Assembly (NCBI GenBank): GCA_002633005.1
Contig: NMRA01000168.1
Span: 127,129-191,128 of the forward strand
Length of the DNA: 64,000 bases
Source: Phoronis australis
Taxonomy: Eukaryota; Animalia; Phoronida
Direction of reading: 5' to 3'
The stretch's first letter is position 1; each line of letters opens with the position of its first letter. Shown here piece by piece: positions 1 to 10,570 of this stretch. The position numbers and the translations under genes were made by a program. The notes under the pieces were generated by a model. It did not search any database, had not been told where the DNA came from, and was given only the letters and a program-made list of their open reading frames with translations.

Positions 1-1290
1 ATACATGCCAATTTCCCCAATCATCCTTAGAGTGGTTTGGTTGACAGGGGGCAAACACCACAAAAACAGACTCAAAAAGAGTAAAAATGGCCACTAGGTG
101 GCGCAAAATACCTCGAATCAATCCGAAAACTGGAGGGTAGCACCATCTCACTAATAGATACCAATCTGCCAAATTTTATGAAAATGCGTTGAGGACCTTT
201 AAAGGCACAGAGGTAAACGTAAAAAATCAAATTTCCACTAGAGGGCACATTCGTAGTTCGAACCGTCCGAAAGTCGTTGTTGTCTGTTGTCAACTTCATA
301 TAAATACACTTGCAAAATTTAAAAAGATCGTGTTGGAAATACAGCCATGGGCGCAAAAACAAACAAAACTACCACTAGGAGACACCACAGTAGTCAAAGT
401 AGTCAGAAAATCATTGTCAGCCACCCTCTTCACATTAGGAACATACATACCAGTTTTCACAATCATACCTAGAGTGGTTTGGTTGACAAAGGGGTGGTCG
501 CCAAAAACCAGACTCGAAAACAGTAAAATGGCCACTAGGTGGCACAAAGTACCTCGAATCCATCCGAAAACAGGAGGATAGCGCCATCTCATTAATAGAT
601 GTCTAAATTCCAGATTTTACAAAACCCCGTTGAGGGCCTACGAAGGCACACTCGTAGTCGGACAGGTCTGAAATTCGTCGTCATCTGTTGTCAGCTTCAT
701 ACGAACAAATCTGCCAAAGCTCATCAAGATCCTTTGAGGGATTTATGATATGCAGCTGCGGAGGCCAGCCCGCCCAGTCACCAAGATGGAGACGACGGCA
801 ATATGCATCCATATATGAATATGTGGACGTATAAAAAGGCCACTGGGAAGCACAACAAAAGTCAAATCCATCCAAAACAGGGTGGTGACAGTCATTATCT
901 GCCAAATTTCATGAACATTCATCAAGCTAGATATCAAGGCAAACACAAAGAAAAAACAATTTACCACTATGCGACTCCAAAGTAGTCAGATTTGTTCCAA
1001 AATCCACATCACCTCAATAAAAACACAAACCAACTTTCATGAAGATCCATGAAGGAACTTATGCAAAAAAGTATTTGCCACAAGAGGGCGCCACAGCAGT
1101 TGCACCACTTCAAAAATCACCATCAGCCATGCACTTCCCATTAGAAACACATATGGCAATTTCTATAATGACCTCACAATAATTTGACCAATAGTGAGGC
1201 AGACACCAAAAACCAGACTCAAAAATAAAAAATGGCCATAAGGTGGCATACAAAACATTCAATCCATCCAAAAAATGGAAAGACAAAAAT
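1..1290 (-). repeat. Diverged internal tandem array of an interspersed repeat family (HINE/DINE-1-like), in a PSMB3 intron
   Basis: Block 1-160 recurs at about 445-600 (period about 444 bp; AAAATGGCCACTAGGTGGC...AATCCATCCGAAAAC), with weaker copies near 835-920 and 1195-1275. A related copy lies in opposite orientation at about 57890-58400. The family assignment is inference. Confidence 0.55.
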
Positions 1291-1331
1291 GTACAAACCA
1301 CCAGAGTACAAGACAAATAAACAATACATAC

Positions 1332-4300
1332 CATATCAGGCTCCCAGAGTGATTCGCACATGCCATACATCTGCTCTGAGCACGTTCCGCTCACTACGAA
1401 ATCCTCCGTGATCATTGGGCAACCTATGAGATCGAGGGAAGCCACAAATGGTTTGAATGTTTTAGGCTCTAGTCCCGCAACTACTGGCTCCACAAAATAT
1501 GGTCCAAACCTGCAATCATTGAACACATCAGAGACAATAAACAACAGTGCTTGCTAGAAATAACGGGATCCAATCTGCCAATGAAACTATTAATTTTGGA
1601 ATCCATGAAAAGCAAACTCACTCCCAAAATCGCGACATCAAAACACACTAACAACATAGCCAGTTGAAATTCTATATTCAGGTGTGCCAAGGTACCTAAT
1701 CATATCGACAATCAAATCAAAAACCACAAGTGAACAAGGCCTGATAACAGTGTAAAGAAGGGAAAAGAACACTTTCTATTCCGTAGACATGGTCATTCTA
1801 ATTATCAATACATTTTCTTCAGAAGTGGAAACTATTTTAAAACTAGAAGCAATGGCAAACAGTGCTGACATTGATCAAACACACGCACCTTAGTCTTATC
1901 GCCATTTCAACAGGTGATTCTCTCATGAATTGAATCACCGGATTACAAAATCAAATTGGTTACAGACTTTTACTACTGTCGATAGTAGGAAGTTTGTGGC
2001 TTGTATTAAACAAAATTTCAGTGAAGGATCTGATGAAATTCCAGAAACAAGGCTTGCTTTTTCATGATGGACTTCCTATATTCAACCTAAAATTTCTAAT
2101 TTCATCTTGGAATTTTTTGCAGGTCAAAACCGTTGACGTTGAACTTTTATGTTTCGAATGTCGAATGTTTTTTTATACTCATCGATATGGATGGTGATTG
2201 ATCTTGGACAATATTTACTAATTTTGCACGTTGGTGTAGTCAGAGGGCATCAGTGTGCCATTCCATGTTGAGTAGTGCATCGATGTGCACAACACATAGA
2301 AACGGGGTCACCTATTTCCAACTAAAAATTATGTGGTAAGAATGCCTGAGTCTGGTTGGAGTTATCGAGCTCGAGGTCATGTCCAGCGCAACTTATTGAG
2401 TCTGATCTCAAGCACTACCTAACTGTCAGAATTTCCCACGTCAAGAAATCTTGTTTAATCCGAGTAAGAAACAATGTGAAGTGCTATAAAGAATAAACAG
2501 CTGAATTCTCAAACTCCATCGTTTACACAATGCTAACCAATGCTTTTTGGAATAATATTCTTCATTTTGGAAATTGCAGACAACCAATAACCAATGCAAA
2601 CATCTGAGCAATATGAAATTAAAGTCTATTGACTTACCTTCTCTCATATAATAAATTGGAAACAACACTGAGGAAAGTATGGGGTTTGATTTGTCTATTT
2701 TCCCTCAGTTCATATAAATTGAGTCTAAATTTCAGCTTCTGAGACCTGCAAATAGAATCAAGGAAATTATTATTATTATTCATCAGCTGCAGACACTTAT
2801 CATCTTACATCTTATGACGTAGACCTACTGCTGGCTTCAGTTCAACACAACCAGCCAATAGTAAAGCTACAGTAAAAAGCTCAATATGATCTCGTCGACG
2901 CACATGTTTTAAAGACGGGTCATTTTGAAAGAGAGCTCATTGGAAAACCTCATACTGAATCAGTAGGTCACGTGATGTGGCAACAGGTGGCGTGCTGACC
3001 AGACTTAAAGATGTTGACGATATACATTTTCACACTTGTTTCAGAATTACATATTTATATACTCTCAGGAGTTGAGGAAGAGATGCCCATTACTAAGTCA
3101 GATTGGATTTCTGTATTCGACCAGTGGTCCCGATGGCTCAGTGGGCTACAGCGTCAGCACGGTTAGCAAAAGGGAAACAGGTTTAAGTCCCGGTTGGGAC
3201 AGAAATCTTTTCAGGCCTATATTCATTAGGTCACATGATGTGGCCACAGGTGGCATGCTGACCAGAATTAAAGATGTTTGCAATAATAAAACAACTGCTT
3301 AAAAAATTTGTGAACTTGAACGGGACAAGCAGGTGGAAAGTATCATTTCATTCACAGGCACTTACACTGTCTGCACATCTGTGGCCAGTCCTGGTAGACC
3401 AACATACAGGTGTGGTCCCATCTCGAATATCTTTTGAAAGTCTGTGTGCACTGTTTGGCCCTGTATGCCGAATCGCTTGTCCGATGCGATGGCCACACAT
3501 TCTTTGCCAGTCATAGCCATGATGGCCGAACCATTATATGACATAATACTCTGCAAGTAACGGTGAGAAATGGGGGATTAAAGAAGGCATGAATTCCTAG
3601 ATTGTGTTGGTCATAATGGCAATACTCCTACTAAAGTGAAATTATCAGCAAGAAAACTGGTTTTCTGAAACCAATCCCAATGCGGAATTGAACTCACAAC
3701 CTCAGAGGTTGTAATCCAACACTTTCTTTGCTGACGGAGCAAAACTCTACATGTTAAATAACAAGTGTTTCAACCGTATTTTGCAGGTAAAGCCATAGCC
3801 ACTGATTTCGGGCAGACAATTGTGAGAATTGTTCATTAACAGATTTTGTTGCTCTGGTCAAATCTTACCACTTCAAGAAATCAATTCCATTCAACAACAA
3901 TCCCCAAAATGCATTTTTGGAAATAAAACACGAGTGTGAAGTAGTCTGACAATGAGGAAGAGACAGGAAAACTGTCATTCACTGTCATGGTGGCTAAACT
4001 ATCATGAGACAAAATATATTGGTGGGGAAATCAGGTACAAGCAGAGATGTGGAAGTCCTTATCAGGCACAGCTATTCTACTTCCCTTACAAACAGGAAAT
4101 GTCAGGAATATTCCGAACCTAGTTCTGAAAAACTGATGAGACATTATTCTCAAGCTGTAACCGCAAAAAAGAACTTATGACGTAGACCACTTACCGTTGA
4201 GAAGTTAGTCCCAAATTGTTTCTTAATTAAAAATTTGATATCTAGGCTTGGACCTGAGAGACAAGACTTTACAAACTGACTTGACAAGGTGTTGCATTCT

Positions 4301-7161
4301 ATTCACCAAGCCTAGCAATAATGAACTGCCAGTTCTCTGCAATACCAAAACACCCTTCACACCTGAGTAGGGAACAAGTTGGGATTATGGTCTATTGTCG
4401 CTTTACGAGATCAAGTTTTACAAATACACACATTGACAAATAGAATTATCTGTAGTTAATAAGTCCAATTAATATCTTCATTTTGATAAACACCACTTTC
4501 ACACGAGGCAAACACTTGTTTTACACGTTCACAATCTTCTAGTCTCACAACACATAACAATTAGGCAACACGTAGCCCCTCAGTTGGCCGGTTAGGGGCT
4601 ACAATAGTTTCCATCACTTTCTGTATTAATTTTGTTCCATGTATTTTAAACGGGCGGTAGGCAAAATCTGTTCACCGATTTAGTGTTTTCACATCATCAA
4701 AAATACATTCTACTCTTAAAACTATCACTTAAAGTGCTTACTTTCTTCAGTGATCCTTTCTGATTCTACACATGTCTTAGATGAAGCATAGAGCTATGAG
4801 AATTAAGGTGACTTTGGCGAAGAATTCCAACTCCACTTTTTGGTCACCTTTAACTTTTTCACTGTGTGCGCGATAACCACAAAATATTTCAACTGAGTCA
4901 CGTGAGTTAGGCAAAGGCTAGCGCGAGATTGAGCGAAGCGAGTGATGTGGCGTGTGACAATTGGAAGATAGCATAGGGAAGATATCAGGAGAAAGTTGTT
5001 AGATTTGTGTCCTGTGGACTTTTTGTTTATCAAAAGGCGTGACTTCACATAACTTTCTCAAAATGGCACCCGATGAGAGAAACTCCACCGAACTGTGACA
5101 GATCTTATATGTTCAAGTTATGTCGATTACATTGTATCCAGAGTCATGGTATGTGTTAATTATAACTATATGAGCATATGTGCATGATTTATTTGAATTT
5201 CTTTGCTGTATTTTGAAATGAGTAACTTTTTATGGAGATGTTAGGGACGTGACAAAAAATTTCAAATTCTTATTTAATATTTAAAAATGCATTGATTTAA
5301 TAAAACATCAAAAACAGAGTCAAACAAAAAAAAAATTAACAAAATCCATTAAGCCGTTGACTTTTTATGAACGTTTGAAGAGCGATAATTAGCCATTTTT
5401 TTTAGTCCTCTGAATACATGGGAGTAAATGCGCATTCATGTGACCCAAAATTAGTTTTTTCACAATAACTTCCTCAATACTTTTAATAACAACATGAAAA
5501 TTTCAGGATATGACAATCCTAGCATTTACTTGGTGAGAAACATTTTTAAGAAAACAAAAAATTCCAAATTCCAAAATGGCGGACAATATGGCCACCATTA
5601 TGACTGCAAAAACGTCTTATTGTTTTACGTTAATGAACTATATGGTGTAATATACCATTAACAAACTATATGGTGTGATATACCAAATGATAGGTCTTTT
5701 CATTGCTTTTTTGAAGAGAATGGAGAAAAACATGTTTAGGCAATATTTTCGACATTTCCGCAATAGTTGCCAAAATGGCTGCCAACATTACTGCATTAAC
5801 GACCACAAGAAGAGATTGATTCAGCAACCATNGTCTATTGTCGCTTTATGAGATAAAGTTTTACAAATACACTCATTGACAAATAGAATTATCTGTAGTC
5901 AACAAGTCCAATTAATATCTTCATTTTGATAAACACTACTTTTACACGAGGCAAACACTTGTTTTACACGTTCACAATCTTCAAGTCTCACAACACATAA
6001 CAATTACAAGGCAACACATAGCCCCTCAGTTGGCCGGTTAGGGGCTACAATACTTTCCATCACTTTCTGCATTAATTTTGTTCCATGTATTTTAAACGGG
6101 CGGTAGGCGAAATCTGTTCACCGATTTAGTGTTTTCACATCATCAAAAATACATTCTACTCTTAAAACTATCACTTAAAGTGCTTACTTTCTTCAGTGAT
6201 CCTTTCTGCTTCTACACATGTCTTAGATGAAGCATAGAGCTATGAGAATTAAGGTGACTTTGGCCAAGAATTCCAACTCCACTTTTTGGTCACCTTTAAC
6301 TTTTTCACTGTGTGCGCGATAACCACAAAATATTTCAACTGAGTCACGTGAGTTAGGCAAAGGCTAGCGCGAGATTGAGCGAAGCGAGAGATGTGGCGTG
6401 TGACACTAGCATAGGGAAGATATCAGGAGAAAGTTGTTAGATTTGTGTCCCGTGGACTTTTTGTTTGTCAAAAGGCGGGACTTCACATAACTTTCTCAAA
6501 ATGGCACACGATGAGAGAAACTCCACCGAACTGTGACAGATCTTATATGTTCAAGTTATGTCGATTACATTGTATCCAGAGTCATGGTATGTGTTAATTA
6601 TAACTATATGAGCATATGTGCATGATTTATTTGATTTTCTTTGCTGTATTTTGAAATGAGTACCTTTTTATGGAGATGTACTATCGCCCTTGTCTGCCTG
6701 TGGCATTCAGGGCGATGTAATTGTCTGACTAAACCTGTTTGTAATCACATGTTTGCAACATTATACACGTTTTCTTGTATGCAAAGTTACTAATGTAGCA
6801 CTCTGCCTAATTTTTTAGATTACATAATTTGAAATAAGTTGGAAAAAATAAAAACAAAACCGACCCTGATGGGACTCGAACCCACAATCTCTAGCTCCGG
6901 AGGCTAGCGCCTTATCCATTAGGCCACAGGGTCCAACACGTAGACGGAAGTGAATTTTTGCCTAAATATGGATTATGACTGCACACTTTGCCTAAACGCT
7001 AATTTTGGACTTAGATCACCTATTTTGTAGCACTAGACTATTAAAATCTCCACTCACGATACGTGCAAAGACGCAAGACAAGAGGAATTTCTATATAAAG
7101 TGTTTCGGAATTCAGAAGTACCGGTGCAGCAAAAGTAAGAAAAAGCATCAAAACTCACCAT
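1332..7161 (-). CDS. PSMB3: Proteasome subunit beta type-3, 5' part (remaining exons lie left of the window)
   Basis: Exons: 7159-7161 (ATG|gtgagt); 3366-3550 ([28 protein letters not shown]...LATDVQTV); 2638-2745 ([36 protein letters not shown]); 1332-1509 ([13 protein letters not shown]...[10 protein letters not shown]). All introns are GT-AG with matching phases. The peptide is a close match to beta-3 subunits. Confidence 0.96.
3127..3201 (+). pseudogene. tRNA-derived pseudogene or SINE head
   Basis: Acceptor-like ends GTCCCGA...TTGGGACA, A box TGGCTCAGTGG and near-B box GGTTTAAGTCCC. No pairable anticodon stem. Confidence 0.5.
4390..6679. repeat. Near-identical 850-bp duplication across a single-N contig junction (probable allelic overlap)
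   Basis: 4390-5241 and 5833-6679 differ by scattered SNPs and small indels. The second copy starts immediately after the N at 5832. Part of the unit is itself an interspersed repeat, with an inverted diverged copy at about 46050-46350. Confidence 0.8.
6843..6859 (-). terminator. RNA polymerase III oligo-T terminator of the tRNA-Arg
   Basis: TTTTGTTTTTATTTTTT lies directly 3' of the tRNA on the minus strand. Confidence 0.7.
6861..6933 (-). tRNA. tRNA-Arg (anticodon CCG)
   Basis: The minus strand reads GACCCTGTGGCCTAATGGATAAGGCGCTAGCCT-CCG-GAGCTAGAGATTGTGGGTTCGAGTCCCATCAGGGTCG (73 nt). Cloverleaf, A box and B box are intact, and T-runs follow. Confidence 0.96.
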
Positions 7162-7608
7162 GATTGATGAAAATAAGTAGACCACAGTCCACACAAATAC
7201 TAGTGTAATGAAAAAAACACCTAACTATACAAAAATGCCTTATGAGGCAGCCCGATTAGTAAGATATCGTCAAAATCTTATTCTGCTTTTCTTCGACTCA
7301 TCAAAATGGCCGCCGTGGAGTCTTGTTTTTTAACTCCACATAACAAAGATCAACGCAATAGATGGCGCTTCAAAATGCGTGTGTCATTCTGTGCTCCGCG
7401 GATCTGTCATCGTCGTGGTCAAGTAGTAGTAGTGGTAATAATCTTTATTTAAAAGTCGGTGAACCTTAACAATGAAACATTAGCACAAGTGCTATTATCC
7501 GACAGATTTAAAATCTACAAAATGAACAGAACTAAAATACTAGCTAATTCTACAGTGCGGAGAATATACAGAACAACATAAATGTAAGTACAAAAGCACA
7601 CATACATG

Positions 7609-9916
7609 TTACGAAGCGCCGTGTAGGCATCCATAGCAGTCTTCACAAGAGCAGATCTCAGAGAAAAAGTCATGAGCAAGAGTGGCAAATTCATTTAAGG
7701 TAGTACATTGTCTCATTACTGATGGCAATGAGTTCCAAAGCAAAGTACCTTTATGGGAGATTGAGTTACATCCGTAAGTCATCGTATTAAAGCGTTTCAC
7801 ATAGAGACAGTTTTCACCTCCAGTCTGAGACCGTATCCAGACTCTCTAAATTCAAGCTTTCCTGACAAAGGGACAGGGTCCAATAATATGAACATTTTTG
7901 AATACTTCAATAGATAAGCATTTCATCCGCCAACTAGTTAGAGAGCAGCTCCTAACCTTAACTAAGAGTTGTGAGTAGCTGGACTCATTGTGATTGAACA
8001 CAAACTCACGGTGTTGTATCTTTTCCATTTTCCTACTTTTCTGTATTCCACATAGGTGCCAAACAAGGGGGCAGTGATTAAAAAAGGATCTTATAAATGC
8101 ATAATATAACTTAAGCTTACTGTTAATGCCTAAAACATTTCGAAGACGGAACAAGGCATTCATCTGTCTAGAAGCTTTTTTGCAAATAACATCAACGTGC
8201 TCGTGGAATCTTAGCTGGCTGTCAAGTTGGACACCCAGCAGTTTAACGGACTCTTCACACTTAATCATAGTATCACCACACATGAGATACCTATCATTAT
8301 TTTGTGCACGATTCCTAGAAAAGATGATTGACTTAAATTTACCAAGGTTTACAGCCATTCCATTAGAGGAGAACCAATCCATTGCCATCTGCCCAGCTAC
8401 CTTGAGGCTGAGGCGGACTGCAGATAAAGAGGAGCCTGCTTGCAATAGGTTATTGTCATCAGCGTAATTATATAACTTACAGTGACCACTTATAGCGTAA
8501 AATATATCATTGATAAAAATGTTGAATAACATGGGGCCTAAGACAGACCCTTGAGGAACGCCCTTGGGGACATTTAACCAGTCGCAGGCACTGACAGTGG
8601 AGCCAATTTTCACCCTCATCCTTCTATCACTGAGATAGGACATTATGAGGTTACAGGTATTCAATGTGCAGCCATAGGCTTTTAGTTTGGCAACAAGGAG
8701 CTCATGGGGGAGGCAATCAAAAGCCTTAGACAGATCAATCAGTATGCACCCAGCAAATAAATTTTTGTCCAGGGCTAACCTTACATCTTCAGTTAGACGT
8801 AAGAAGACATCCTGACAAGAAAAACCTTTACGGATATTANTTTTCTTTTCAATTTAGTGACTAGATTTCGCTGGGATCTATAATTCTCCCAGTTTTCAGC
8901 ACTTCTGTATTTAAAGTAGCGGCGTCTGAGCAATCCCTTGACATTTATGGCTCTTCTAAGTTCGCCATTCATATAAGGGACAGGAAGCTTCTTTAGGACC
9001 TTGGTCTTCATTGGAGCATGAAAGTCAATTACCCCCCTCGGGAGCTCATTATGAAACCATAAAGCATCATCAGTATCATCAAAAATGTTGGCTACATGAA
9101 AGGGTGCTACCTCAAGTTCCCTATTGTAGTCGGCTATAGAGGACGATTTCATGGAGCGATAAAAAATTTTCTGGGTTGATATTGCGAGATTTGGACTTTG
9201 GCAATACCACCAACAACATGATGAAAATCACTTACACCCGAATCATAATTCAAGATTCGAACTAGTCTTCTAGGTTTGCTAGTTAGGATAACATCTAGTA
9301 GAGAGGGTGGGCCCTTGAAACATGTGGGCTCCTTGACAACGCTTTTTAGACCATAGACATCCATGAAATCGTTTAGTGGATTGTTACAAAGCATGTTCAC
9401 ATTCATATCTCCCATGAGAAAGATCGTGTCACTCTCTAGCTGGACTCTACTCAAGATAGTATCAATACTTGTCAACAGGTCTACATTTTTCACATGCGGT
9501 GGTTTATATATACATATGAAGAACCACTTATCCCTCTTAATGACAACTTCCAGGACAAGACATTCCACATTACCGTGGGTACATTCCAGGTCTTGCCTTC
9601 GCTTATGTCCCAGATCACCTCTGACATAACACAAAATACCACCACCATGTCTACTTCTATCATTTCTATGTAGTATATAGTTAGGGACAGAAAATTGTGC
9701 CGAGGCAAAGGACTCGTCAAGCTTTGTTTCAGAGAAAAAACTTAAATCTATATGAGAAATGAGAGATTCTGCAAATTCATCAAATTTTGAGGAGAATGAA
9801 TTGATATTAAGGTGAGTGAAGATAAAGTTATTTTCGTAATCCTTTCTCAACGCCGTAGCATTTGTGTGTGTTGCATTATCTCTACTCAGGGTCCCTGAAG
9901 AGGGGAGGTTTGTCAT
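7609..9916 (-). pseudogene. LINE ORF2 (APE endonuclease + reverse transcriptase), frameshifted
   Basis: APE motifs HLNINS, SETKLD, YKPP, GDMN, LDVIL and SDFH in 9149-9916. RT motifs GVPQGSVLGP, YADD and KLLGV in 7852-8664. C-terminal LWNSLP in 7609-7800. Confidence 0.9.
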
Positions 9917-10024
9917 TGATTTGAGTGTATTCAGTTGTGGATCGTAATCCTTTTCATCATAGTCCGGGTTTAGTCCAGGGATCAGTGGCAGGGTGAGAGC
10001 GGCCTTTGACTCATGGCCGAGGAA

Positions 10025-10376
10025 TCAATTTGACCTGCAGTGTTTGTCCTTGTGGCCAGACTTATGACACTTGTGACAATTAATCAGATGGCCATGGCGG
10101 CACTGAAGTTTAGTGTGTCCCGTCTCAGAGCAAAAGAAGCACCGAATGTCTCTCCTGTAGTTTGACTGTCTTTCCTCATGGTGGTGAGATTTATTTCTCG
10201 GCTCTTTTAAAGTTATGTTCTTATTGGCTTCTACGACGTTTCTCACCAGCTTTGTTGTGCCACGACTGGTTGGATGGACATCGTCATAAAGCAGCGAGTC
10301 ATCGACTGTGTTGTCCAAGTTTTTAAAGGTTTTATCATTGTCCACGAAATTGACATTGAGATCTTGGCACTTGAAT
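10025..10376 (-). pseudogene. LINE ORF1 remnant: SGNH esterase C-terminus plus two CCHC zinc knuckles
   Basis: FVDND...LYDDVHPTSRG (DxxH esterase block), then CFFCSETGHTKLQC and CHKCHKSGHKDKHC. Confidence 0.75.
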
Positions 10377-10570
10377 CTAGGCTCGCGCTAACCTCTCGCC
10401 ACCTCGCCATTAGCGAATCCTGAGCGGCACTGACGATGGTAGAGCTAAGTCCATTCGCCAACTTAGCGAAAGATTTTTGAAATTTGACAATAAAAATTAA
10501 TTTCGGTAAACCTACTGGCATGTCGACTCAGCCTGCCTGAATCAAGTCGCGCCGCCAAACGACATTCGCT
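10377..10570 (-). repeat. Interspersed repeat, copy 1 (possible Helitron-type 3' end)
   Basis: About 190 bp shared with 43535-43715 (CTAGGCTCrCGCTA...CGCCATTAGCGAAT...AGTCGCGCCGC). Both copies stop at the same CTAG. Confidence 0.6.

Larger units (their letters stand above)
7423..10376 (-). mobile_element. 5'-truncated, decayed non-LTR retrotransposon (CR1/L2 group)
   Basis: ORF1 remnant, APE endonuclease and RT fragments occur in order on the minus strand. The 3' end is AATAAAGATTATTACCACTACTACTAC (polyA signal plus short microsatellite tail). There are frameshifts, and part of ORF2 is missing at the N at 8840. Confidence 0.9.

Noticed and set aside
4390-6679. Real tandem segmental duplication in PSMB3 intron 1
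   Set aside because: The second copy starts exactly at a single-N junction and differs only at allele-like levels. Unmerged haplotype overlap is more likely.
7302-7452. Divergent plus-strand gene starting at CAAAATGGCCGCC
   Set aside because: The short frame has no recognisable product or donor and runs into the LINE tail. It is better read as a YY1-like promoter motif.
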